A stretch of DNA of 31,010 nucleotides. Origin: Octopus sinensis. Taxonomy: Eukaryota. Shown in pieces: positions 11,742-22,799 of this stretch. Numbering within the stretch: position 1 is the first letter of the stretch; each line of letters starts with the position of its first letter. Where the stretch lies: positions 1 to 31,010 of the forward strand of contig NW_021833209.1 in assembly GCF_006345805.1 (NCBI RefSeq), written 5' to 3'. The notes beneath the pieces are model-generated. The model did not search any database, was not told the origin of the DNA, and saw only the letters and a program-made list of their open reading frames with translations. Made by a program: the position numbers and the translations under genes.

Positions 11742-13710
11742 GAGGATGATGATGGTGGTGGTACTGACAACAATGATGATGATGATGATGCCGGTGACCA
11801 TGACGATCATAATGATGATGATGACAATGATGATGATCGTGATGATGACGATGACGATGATTATGATGATGATGATGATGGTGGTGGTACTGACAACAAT
11901 GATGATGATGGTGATGATGATGATGCTGGTGACCATGACGATCATAATGATGATGATGACAATGACGACAATGACATTGATGATGATGATGCTGGTGATC
12001 GTGAGGATCATAATGATGATGATCGTGATGATGAGGATGATGATGACAATACGATCATCATCATTTTCATCATGATCATGATGATGACAATAATGGTGAT
12101 GATGACGATGACGATGATGATGATGCAGTGATGATGATTATGATCAACATGATGGCGACAAGAATGATGATGATGACGATGGCGATGATGATAGTGACGA
12201 TGATGATGATGATGATGGCAACGAATGATGATGATGATGACAACAACGACGATGATGATGATGACAACGGCGATGATGATGATGATGATGACAACGACAA
12301 TGATGATGATGACGATGACAATGATGATGATGATGATGACAACGACAATGATGATGATGACAACGACAATGATGATGATGATGATGACAACGACGATGAT
12401 GATGATGATGATGACAACGACAATGATGATGATGACAACGACGATGATGATGATGATGATGACAACGACAATGATGATGATGACAACGACAATGATGATG
12501 ATGATGATGACAACGACGATGATGATGATGACAACGACAATGATGATGATGATGATGACAACGACGATGATGATGATGATGATGACAACGACAATGATGA
12601 TGATGATGATGACAACGACAATGATGATGATGATGATGACAATGACGATGATGATGATGACAACGACAATGATGATGATGATGATGACAACGACGATGAT
12701 GATGATGATGATGACAACGACAATGATGATGATGACAACGACAATGATGATGATGATGATGACAACGACGATGATGATGATGACAACGACAATGATGATG
12801 ATGATGATGACAACGACGATGATGATGATGATGATGACAACGACAATGATGATGATGACAACGACAATGATGATGATGATGATGACAACGACGATGATGA
12901 TGATGATGATGACAACGACAATGATGATGATGACAACGACAATGATGATGATGATGATGACAACGACAATGATGATGATGACAACGACAATGATGATGAT
13001 GATGATGACAACGACGATGATGATGATGATGATGACAACGACAATGATGATGATGACAACGACAATGATGATGATGATGATGACAACGACGATGATGATG
13101 ATGACAACGACAATGATGATGATGATGATGACAATGATGATGATGATGATGACAACGACAATGATGATGATGATGATGACAACGACGATGATGATGATGA
13201 TGATGACAACGACAATGATGATGATGACAACGACAATGATGATGATGATGATGACAACGACGATGATGATGATGATGATGACAACGACGATGATGATGAT
13301 GATGGACAACGACGATGATGATGATGATGATGACAACGACAATGATGATGATGATGATGACAACGACAATGATGATGATGATGATGACAACGACGATGAT
13401 GATGATGATGATGACAACGACAATGATGATGATGATGATGACAATGACGATGATGATGATGACAACGACAATGATGATGATGATGATGATTATGATGATG
13501 ATGATGACAACGACAATGATGATGATGATGATGACAACGACGATGATGATGATGACAACGACAATGATGATGATGATGATGACAACGACGATGATGATGA
13601 TGATGATGACAACGACAATGATGATGATGATGATGACAATGACGATGATGATGATGACAACGACAATGATGATGATGATGATGATTATGATGATGATGAT
13701 GACAATGACA

Positions 13711-13747
<37 letters not shown>

Positions 13748-13800
13748 CAATGACAATGATGATGATGATGATGATGATGATGACAGGGATGATGACGATG
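11742..13800. repeat. About 2.06-kb compound trinucleotide array (GAT)n punctuated by GAC-AAC-GAC-RAT
   Basis: Fills nearly all of intron 11578-13806. Includes a duplicated unit of about 126 bp at about 11748 and 11874. Confidence 0.97.
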
Positions 13801-13806
13801 ACTTAC

Positions 13807-13907
13807 CATTAAGAATACAGGTGCTACGAATTTCCAGCAGACCCGCCAGTAGAAACCGGGGCGGAATCCCATCATAGATTCAATATCGTCAGAGAACTTG
13901 TCCACGC
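13807..13907 (-). CDS. DAT: DAT-like exon (101 nt, phase 1-0): (G)[33 protein letters not shown] (IL5/TM11)
   Basis: Acceptor tttcag|GCGTG and donor ATG|gtaagt. Contains the SLC6 motif G..PG.YW.VCW.FVAP. Confidence 0.96.
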
Positions 13908-14344
13908 CTGAAAGAACGGAGAATGACCAGCGTCAGTCATGAGTGGTCAGCATGACGTCAGAGGGGACAAGGAGGGTATTCGTGAGGGGGGGAGAGGAAA
14001 TGGTGGACGCATGCCTTTGGTTTCGTGGGGAGATATGTAAGAAGAGAGGTGGATGCCATTGACGTGGTGGGCATGGGTGGTGTGTGTGGGGGGGGGGCTT
14101 TTGTTGGTGAAGCAGGCATGAAGTATGCAGCAGGGGTATGGGATAGGTGGAGAGTGGAAGTGGGTGGTGGTGGTGGTGGTGGTGATGGTGGTGTTCTGAT
14201 TGTGGTGATGGTGGTGGTAGTTATTGTGGTGGTGTTTGGAGTGGTGGTGAGGGTGATGTTCTGGTTGTGGTGATGCTTGTGGTGGTGGTGGTGGTGATGG
14301 TGGTGATGGTGGTGATAGTGGTGCTCTGCTTATGGTAGTGGTGT

Positions 14345-15355
14345 GTGATTCATTACACTTACCATTCTCTACATTCAAACACCTATACACTTACCATTCA
14401 AACACTTACCAACCCTACATTTACCATCCCCTACACTTACAATTCCCTACATTTACCACTACCTACTCTTAACATCCTTTACACTTACCATTCATTACAC
14501 TTACCATCCTCTACACTTAATACTTCTACACTTACCATTTCCACCACCTACACTTACCATTCCCATACTTACCCCCTTTACACTTACCATTTCCACCACC
14601 TACACTTACCATTCCCATACTTACCCCCTTTACACTTATCACTTTTACACTCAGTTCCTATACTTACTGTCCACTACACTTACCCCCTAACACTTACAAC
14701 CCCTTACACTTAACATTCCTTACACTTACAATTCCTACAATTACCATCCTCTACACTTAATACTTCTACATTTACCATCCTCTACACTTAATACTTCTAC
14801 ACTTACCATTCCCATACTTACCCCCTTTACACTTATCACTTTTACACTCAGTTCCTACACTAACTGTCCACTACACTTACCACCCCTTACACTTACAACC
14901 CCTTACACTTAACATTCCTTACACTTACAATTCCTACACTTACAACTCCTACACTTACTATTCCTACACTTACCCCCTATATTTCCTGTCCCTCTACACT
15001 TGCAATTCCTTCACTAATCATTCATTACTCTTACCATCCCTTACACTTACCATCCCCTAAATTTACTGTCCCCCTACACTTACAATTCCTTACACTTACC
15101 ATTTATTACACTTACTGTTCTTACCATCCCCTAAATTTACTGTACCCCCTACACTTACAATTCCTTACACTTACCATTTATTACACTTACTGTTCTTACC
15201 ATCCCCTAAATTTACTGTCCCCCTACACTTACAATTCCTTACACTTACCATTTATTACACTTACTGTTCTTACCATCCCCTAAATTTACTGTACCCCCTA
15301 CACTTACAATTCCTTACACTTACCATTTATTACACTTACTGTTCTGTACACTTAC
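14345..15355. repeat. ACACTTAC-core minisatellite (GTAAGTGT on the transcribed strand), ending in four 74/75-bp units
   Basis: Dozens of (A)CACTTAC cores. Units start at 15051, 15125, 15200 and 15274 and alternate 74/75 bp. Confidence 0.93.
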
Positions 15356-15455
15356 CGTAACAATAAGAAATTGTTATACTTTCAAAAAAGACAGCAAATA
15401 AAATAGAATAACCGGCGGCATATCTATCCATCAAGTGAACCACATATGCTCCTCC
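15356..15455 (-). CDS. DAT: DAT-like exon (100 nt, phase 0-1): [33 protein letters not shown](G) (TM10)
   Basis: Acceptor ttccag|GGAGGA and donor TACG|gtaagt. DRYAAGYS matches the invertebrate DAT TM10 motif. Confidence 0.96.
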
Positions 15456-15483
15456 CTGGAATGACATGGAATAGAAAAATAGC

Positions 15484-15632
15484 AGAATATGAGAATATGA
15501 GAATATGAGAATATAAGAATATGAGAATATGAGAATATGAGAATATAAGAATATGAGAATATGAGAATATGAGAATATAAGGATACTAGCAGTATCATCC
15601 GGCGTTGCTCGGGTTTGTTTCGACCCTTTAGA
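15484..15632 (+). mobile_element. (GAGAATAT)n octamer run followed by the 5' end of a Helentron/HINE-like element
   Basis: About 12 octamers, then TACTAGCAGTATCATCCGGCGTTGCTCGGG, the same start as 25166 and 30156. Confidence 0.7.
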
Positions 15633-15700
15633 ATTGGAAGAAGAAGAACAACAACAACAGCGACAACAACAACAACAACAACAGCAATAATGTACTGTAC

Positions 15701-15829
15701 CTGAGCACAACTAGCTAATCCAACTACAAAGTATACGGTAAACAACATCGCCACGAATAATTCTCGATGTCTTCGTAACCATGGAAACTCATCTGCTAAA
15801 GCTGTCAGGATGGCTTCTGAGCCACCAAA
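15701..15829 (-). CDS. DAT: DAT-like exon (129 nt, phase 0-0): [43 protein letters not shown] (TM8-TM9)
   Basis: Acceptor cag|TTTGGTGGC and donor CAG|gtacag. FGGSEAI and [10 protein letters not shown] resemble invertebrate DAT rather than SERT or GAT. Confidence 0.96.
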
Positions 15830-15950
15830 CTGTTCAAAGGAGACAATAAAGAGAGAGAAAAGATGTCAATACAGAGGAATACAATAGTATCTTTTGGGTT
15901 ATATTTCTTTACAATAGAGAGGCTATAGAAATTGTGTATTATGTTTAAAG

Positions 15951-16740
15951 GTAAAGACCCCCTTCGGTCATGAATGACCATGGGATTGCACCTAGAAAGT
16001 TACCCTCCTAGACACAAGTCCGGGCAAGGTTGTTTATGGAAGACCAGCAGTCGCCCATGCATACCGGCCTCCCCTCTCCACACCATTATATTTACACAGG
16101 GTAAAAGTAAAGAGCTCTTTCGGTCATGAATGACCATGGGATTGCAGCTAGAAAGTTCCCCTTCATGGGTAAAAGATAAAGAGTCCCGTACTATCAAGGT
16201 TGTTTAGGGAAGACCAGTAGTCGCCCATGTATACCGGCCTCCCCTCTCCACGCCACCAGTGTTATCCAAGGGAGAGACAAAGGTCGATACAGCTTGGCAC
16301 CTGTGATGTCGCGACTCATTTCTACAGCTGAGTGACCTGGAGCAACGTGAAATAAAGTGCCTTGCTCAAGAACACAACACGCAACAACCCGGTTCGGGAT
16401 TCGAACTCAAAACCTCATGATCGTAAGCTCAATGCATTAACCACTGAGCCATGTGCCTCCCCTTCGGTCATGACTGACCATGGGATTGCATCTAGAAATT
16501 TACAAGTCCAGCAAGGTTCCTCCTCTCCATGCCACCGATGGTATCCAAGGGAAAGGTAAAGGGGCCGATACAGCTTGGCACCTGTGATGTCGCGACTCAT
16601 TTCTACAGCTGAGTGACCTGGAGCAACGTGAAATAAAGTGTCTTGCTCAAGAACACAACCCACAACAACCCAGTCTGGGATTCGAGCTCACAACCTCACG
16701 ATCGTAAGCTCGATGCTCTAACCACTGAGCCATGCGCCTT
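15951..16740 (-). mobile_element. Composite or nested copies of a tRNA-derived SINE (family E)
   Basis: Two tRNA-like heads on the minus strand (AAGGCGCATGGCTCAGTGGTTAGAGC...GAGTTCGAATCCC-like) at about 16740 and 16460. Internal blocks CGGTCATGAATGACCATGGGATTGCA are repeated. Confidence 0.85.
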
Positions 16741-17026
16741 GTGTATTATGTTTATGTATCAGATAAAACAGAATCCACGGAGAAGGGTGGTGGTCTGTAG
16801 CGGCAAGGCTTGTGTTATCTGGAAAAAGCCAGAAAAAATTCTGTGAAATTACTGTAGGGAGTTTCTGAAATGTCCAGTTAACTTTACCCTTTTTTATTTC
16901 CCGTCTATCAACTTTACCCTTATTTAGGGTTAAGGTGACAGGTGGTGGCAAAAATGATAGCAGAGTTTTACATCATCAGTGTTTGAGAAACTGGCTGTAA
17001 AACTGATGAGGAATGTAACACATGAG

Positions 17027-17218
17027 CTCTGTTGTACCTGTATTTCAAAGGGCCGGCCTTGTCACTCTCTGTGTCACGCTGAATATCCCCGAGAACTACG
17101 TTAAGGGTACATGTGTCTGTGGAGTGCTCAGCCACTTACACGTTAATTTCACGAGCAGGCTGTTCCGTTGATCGGATCAACCGGAACCCTCATTGTCGTA
17201 ACCGACGGAGTGCTTCCA
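17027..17218 (+). mobile_element. 3' part of SINE family D
   Basis: Matches 10095-10190 and 10395-10505. Confidence 0.8.
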
Positions 17219-17229
17219 TGTAAATAGGG

Positions 17230-18130
17230 GTTAGGATATCAAGTAGATGAAATGTTGAGATGTTAGGTGATCAAATGTCAGTACATCTTGGTAGATATAT
17301 CTGGATGTTGGATGTTACGGTAATGAGTAATCCAGACTCAGTGCATCTGGGTAAAGATGTTAGGATATTGGGCAATCTGAGCTCAATTAGTCTAGGTTTA
17401 GATGTGACGATGCTGGGTGATCTTGGCCCCAGAATATTGAGTAATCTAGGTTCAGTACATCTTGGTGGGTATATTAGACTGACAAATAATTCAAGCTCAC
17501 TACATCTGTGTGAAGCTATTAAGCTGCCTGACAATCTAAGCTCAGTTGATCTAGGTTTAGTTATAACAATATTAGTTGATCTTGACTCAGTATATCTTAG
17601 TGAAGAGGTTAGTATGTTGGGTAATCTAAACTCTGTATATCTGTATGAAGATGTTGGAATGTTGGATGATTTAAGATCAATTAGTCTAAGTTTAACTATA
17701 AGGATGCTGATTGATCTAGACTCTTGATGGAGATGTTAGGACATTGGATAATCTTGGATCAATAAATATCTACATGGAGATGTCAGGATATCAGATGAAC
17801 CAGACTTAATAGATGTTGATGTAGAGCAGTGCTTTTCAAACTTTTTGCTGGAGCGGAACCCCAAGGAAACATTCCACGGGCTCGAGGAACCCCTGTGCAA
17901 TAATTTAATAGTCTTATGCACACATATCTGCACAGGAGAATTAAAAATTACTGCCGATTTTAGCAGTTTTGTAACTTCTTGCGGAACCCCTGGACTGTAC
18001 TGGCGGAACCCTGGTTGAAAACCACTGATGTAGAGGTTCAGATGATGAATGTTTTAGGTTCAGTAAACCTTGGTGGAGGTGTTAGGCTATCATTTGGCTT
18101 ATAATCATTTCATCTAGGTGGAGATTTTGG
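17230..18130. repeat. Ancient degenerate 45-bp tandem repeat interrupted by a hAT MITE
   Basis: GATGTTAGGAT-TTGGGTAATCTAG-TTCAGTACATCTTGGT-like units recur. ORF 17260-17727 shows 15-aa periodicity. Confidence 0.8.
17827..18027. mobile_element. 201-bp hAT-superfamily MITE
   Basis: TIRs CAGTGCTTTTCAAAC / CAGTGGTTTTCAACC (13/15). Exact 8-bp TSD ATGTAGAG at 17819-17826 and 18028-18035. Confidence 0.93.
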
Positions 18131-18166
18131 AGAGTAAAAATCGCAGGTTTCAAACCTTGTACTTAC

Positions 18167-18279
18167 CGAACTGTCTAGACCTAGGGTAAGCAACATGAGG
18201 AAGAATATCAATGCCCAAAATGTTGCACCTGGGAGGGTAGCTATGGCTTCTGGATATACAACGAACACTAAACCAGGTC
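18167..18279 (-). CDS. DAT: DAT-like exon (113 nt, phase 1-0): (G)[37 protein letters not shown] (EL4/TM8)
   Basis: Not in the ORF track. Acceptor tttgcag|GACCT and donor TCG|gtaagt. Contains GPGLVF.VYP and the Na2-site motif LGLDS. Confidence 0.97.
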
Positions 18280-18480
18280 CTGCAAAAGATACAACAGAGA
18301 GAGAGAAACAGAGTTAATATTTAATTATTCATTTCAAATTTTGTCGCAAGGCCAGCAATTTTGGTGAGAGGGCTAAGTTGATTACATTGACCTCCCCCTC
18401 ACCCCAGTATTCAACTGGTACCTATTTTATTGACCCCAACTAACAAACAAACAAACACGACTGAAAACAATACCACCTAC

Positions 18481-18605
18481 CTTGTGTAGCCACCTCTGAA
18501 ATGGGTAGATTTGAGTGTTGTGACATATAACCCAAAATCATGAAGATAACAAATCCAGAGAAAAAACTCGTCATACAGTTAACGATACTGGTTAGTATGG
18601 CGTCT
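18481..18605 (-). CDS. DAT: DAT-like exon (125 nt, phase 2-1): [41 protein letters not shown] (TM7)
   Basis: Acceptor ttcag|AGACGCC and donor CAAG|gtaggt. The junction CG+A gives Arg, in frame with the previous exon. Confidence 0.96.
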
Positions 18606-18868
18606 CTGAAAGAAGGAAAGAGAAATGGATAAATAAGCAGGTAAATAAACAGACAGGTAGACAGGCAGGCAGACACCAAAATTACTGATTGAGCATGTGT
18701 GCTTATGGTGGTGTATTACTAAATTCTCTGGTCCAAGTTTGGCTAAGCAAGTGTCATGTCCATAGTGTTGAAGTACAAATTTTTTCAATCGAATTTTCGA
18801 CCTTATTGTAAGCCTAACCAGTTCTTCCTCCCAACTTTTTCGGTTCTCATTCCTAAGGTATTTTTTCA

Positions 18869-18920
<52 letters not shown>

Positions 18921-19357
18921 GAGTGAGAGAGCAGTTCATGCCATCAAAGTGACACTGGGGTAAAATATACGAAGCCCAATATACCCATCATGACTACCCG
19001 TCTGATAAAGGTACACCAGGCACATGCATCACAACCATATATGCATGACATGGTGATCTCATACCAAGATAAACAGCACATGACCTTGCAGGTGGAGCCC
19101 AGTTAGAATTTTCTTCAGGTTGAGTAGCCCATCCTGCTCAAAAGGTCCCTGAATAAGGGTTGCTTTAGGATGTTGAACGAAACACCTATGTTTCCAGAGG
19201 TGAATTATTCAAACCCCAAAGAATCCCTCTCAACACATGGCCATGATGCTCCCCCACTACTTCTGCTCGTGATCAGAGATGCACATATCGTCAGCCACTA
19301 AGGGACATGCTCAACTGGTTAAGGCCAAACAACTGACAAGCAAATCTGTGGTATTGA
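18921..19357 (-). mobile_element. Interspersed repeat embedded in (TTA)n, probably the 3' end of a TAA-targeting non-LTR element
   Basis: Complex block of about 440 bp flanked on both sides by (TTA)n (18871-18920 and 19356-19427). No ORF recognised. Confidence 0.5.
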
Positions 19358-19412
<55 letters not shown>

Positions 19413-19528
19413 TATTATTATTATTGTTGTTCAGGTTGCCATATGCCCGTGGGCATATGGCGTAGTGGTTGAGAGCGCAGGCTACTAACCATAAGATTCC
19501 GAGATCAATTCCAAGCAGTGACCTGAAC

Positions 19529-19559
<31 letters not shown>

Positions 19560-19580
19560 TAATAATAATAACAACAACAT

Positions 19581-20046
19581 CGAAAAATACCTTAGGATTG
19601 AGAACCCAGGTTCAAAATTTCCCCAAGACACCTGATGAAGGCTGGAGGGTATATCAGCCGAAACGTTGTGTTAGCAACAAACAAGATGAGGACAAATATC
19701 CGTTGAATGTAAATAATGTACAGACTTCCTCATCTCTTAAATACAGAACTGGAATAATAATAATAATTAATTCTTTTATTGGCCACAAGGGCTGACAAAA
19801 CTCAGTTATCACATAAAGGGACAAAACAGGATGAAAGGTTACAAAGGGTTTTGTCCTTTTAACAAACAATAATAACATAAAAAAATACCTTAGGAATGAG
19901 AACCCAGGTTTGAAATTTTCCCAAGACACCTGATGAAGGCTGGAGGGTTTATCAGCCAAAACGTGTTAACAACAAACAAGATGAGGACAAATATCCGTCA
20001 AATGCAAACAGTGTACATAATTCCTCATCTCTTAAATATAGAACTG
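19581..20046 (+). mobile_element. Two direct copies (about 170 bp; 19581-19751 and 19880-20046) of a Penelope-like element terminal repeat
   Basis: Near-identical direct repeats carrying the CCTGATGAAG-hairpin-GAAACG hammerhead signature typical of PLE pseudo-LTRs. Confidence 0.7.
19627..19672 (+). ncRNA. Minimal type I hammerhead ribozyme motif (PLE-type)
   Basis: Stem I GACAC/GUGUU, then CUGAUGA, an extra A, stem II GGCUG/CAGCC, GAAA, palindromic ACGU stem III, and cleavage triplet GUU. Confidence 0.72.
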
Positions 20047-20082
20047 TATTATGTAGGAAAAAAATGTGGCTGTCTTACTTAC

Positions 20083-20186
20083 CGATAAACATTATTATGA
20101 ATATCATTATAACTTGCAAATGCCAATAAAACACCAAATCCTGGGCCAAGGGAAAAGAAGACTTGTGTGGCCGCATCCACCCACAC
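20083..20186 (-). CDS. DAT: DAT-like exon (104 nt, phase 0-2): [34 protein letters not shown](R) (TM6)
   Basis: Not in the ORF track; found by reading the reverse strand. Acceptor cag|GTGTGG and donor TATCG|gtaagt. Contains the TM6 substrate-site motif [11 protein letters not shown]. Confidence 0.97.
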
Positions 20187-20249
20187 CTGTTGTTTGCAGA
20201 GAGAAAGAAAGGAAAATAAGAGACAGAGAGGAACAACGAGAAAAAGGTT

Positions 20250-21092
20250 TAATATATCTTGGTTTCAAATTTTGGCACAAGGCCAGCAATTTCATAGGAA
20301 GAGGTAGGTTGACTAAATCAGCCCAAGTGCATAACTGGTACATATTTTATCGACCCCCAAAGATTAATGCAAAGTTGACTCTGGCAGCATTTTGCCTGGT
20401 GTGCTAACGATTCTGCCAGCTCACCACCTTAATAATAATTATTTCTTTATTGCCCAAAGGGGACTAAATATAGAGGGGACAAACAAGGACAGACAAAGGG
20501 ATAAAGTTGATTACATCGACCCCAGTGCGTAACTGGTACTTATTTAATCGACGCCGAAAGGATGAAAGGCAAAGTCGACCTCGGCAGAATTCGAACTCAG
20601 AATGCAACAGCAGACGAAATACCTATTTCTTTACTACCCACAAGGGGCTAAACACAGAAGGGACAAACAAGGACAGACAAAGGGATTAAGTTGATTATAT
20701 CAACCTCAGTGCATAACTGGTACTTATTTAATCGATCCCGAAAGGATGAAAGGCAAAGTCAACCTCAGCGGAATTTGAACTCAGAACGCAACAGCAGACG
20801 AAATACCGCCATGCATTTCGCCTGGCATGCTAACGATTCTGCCAGCTCACCGCCCTGATAATAATAATAATAATAATCATTTCTACTATAGGGAAAAGGC
20901 CTGGAACTTAAGGGAAGGGGCTCAACCAATTACGTCTACCTCAGTGCGTAACTGGTACTTATTGCAGCAGCCCTGAAAGGATAAAAGGCAAAGTCGACCT
21001 CGGCGGAATTTGAACTCGGAATGTAAAGCTGGCCAAAATACCTCTAAGAATTTTGCCTGGCATGCTAATGATTCTGCCAGCTTGCCGCCTTA
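20250..21092 (-). mobile_element. Cluster of minus-strand SINE family C copies and fragments
   Basis: Heads AAGGCGGTGAGCTGGCAGAATCGTTAGCA on the minus strand near 20430, 20855 and 21090. Internal CGACCCCAGTGCGTAACTGGTACTTATTT is repeated. Confidence 0.85.
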
Positions 21093-21439
21093 CCTGGAGC
21101 AAATATTGGTTCCATATTTAGTACCGACTTAAAAGGTAGAAAGTAAGATTATTGAATTCATCGTATCTGATTGTTTTCTATCGGAATTATTTACTGCTCT
21201 TCATGGAAACTTTAAAATAACAATAATTTGTTTTTTTTGCAAAAGTCTTCCATCTTACAATTGCATCATGGGAAAAGAAAGCTGCAAAATACTTGAGTTT
21301 TTTTCTTTTTTAAAAGAAAAAGTAGACATTTTTTGTGCATGGAGGACAAAAAAAGCTACATGGAAAATATAATGTATAAAAAATATTCTTCTAAAAAGTA
21401 TTGTTATATGATTTACTAACTGGATTAAGTTAAGTTGTA

Positions 21440-21528
21440 TTCTGACGCACATATGTACATACATACATACATACATATATATACATGCATACATATACAT
21501 ACATACATACATACATATATACATACAG

Positions 21529-21559
<31 letters not shown>

Positions 21560-21577
21560 CATACATACATACATACA

Positions 21578-21611
<34 letters not shown>

Positions 21612-21629
21612 CATACATACATATATACA

Positions 21630-21663
<34 letters not shown>

Positions 21664-21693
21664 CATACATACATATATACATACATACATACA

Positions 21694-21725
<32 letters not shown>

Positions 21726-22296
21726 CATACATACATACATACATACATACATACATACATACATACATACATACATACGTACATACATACATACACATAC
21801 ATACATACATACACACACATATATATATCACATGTATGTATGTGCACATGTGTGCACACACACACACAGTCACACACTCACACACACATATACTATCTCA
21901 CACACACATGTACAAACATACGCAAATACATACACACACACACATATATATATGCAGTCTGGTACACACATACATACAGTCTCAAACATACACACACTCA
22001 CACACACACATACACACATATATATATATAGTCTCACACATATACATACAGTATCAAACACCCACACACATATATATACACAGTCTCACACACACATACG
22101 TACAGTCTCAAACGCACACACACACACACACACACATACATATATACACAATCTGGCATACACACACATACGTACACACACATACACACATGCACATATA
22201 TGTACAGTCCCTCTCTCTCTCCCTCACCCATACACACACACACCACACACATATATATATATATATACAATCTCACACACAGATACGTAGTCTCAA

Positions 22297-22327
<31 letters not shown>

Positions 22328-22640
22328 CAATCTTACACACACACACACATACATACAGTCTCAAACACATACACACACACACATACAAACATACACATAT
22401 ATATATACAATCTTACATACATACACACATACATACAGTCTTAAACACATACATACACACACACACACACATATATATACAGTCCCTCTCTCTCACCCAC
22501 ACACACACACACGTATATATATATATACAATCTTACACACACACACACATACATACAGTCTTAAACACATACATACACACACACACACACATATATATAC
22601 AGTTCCTCTATCTCACCCATACACATAAACACACACATCA
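21440..22640. repeat. (TACA)n array (about 21440-21810) grading into a degenerate (CA)n minisatellite with an ACAGTCTCAAACAC motif
   Basis: Direct observation. Confidence 0.95.
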
Positions 22641-22799
22641 AACCTGCACTACTTAAACAAACAAGACAAGATTATAAAACAAACAAAATCTCCAAATATA
22701 TGCAGAGCAAATTCAGATCGTATATTCCCAACACCTCCCCCTTCCCCACCCCATGCTCTCCCCTCTTGTACTGCCCCTCCTCTCTATCTCCTAATCCCC

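Noticed and set aside
11709-13905. Long ORFs of 396-609 aa (poly-D/N, poly-M/T, poly-I/V, poly-S/H)
   Set aside because: They are stop-free only because of the trinucleotide array. Only the first 33 codons or so of 12076-13905 are real (DAT exon), and that exon ends at a GT donor.
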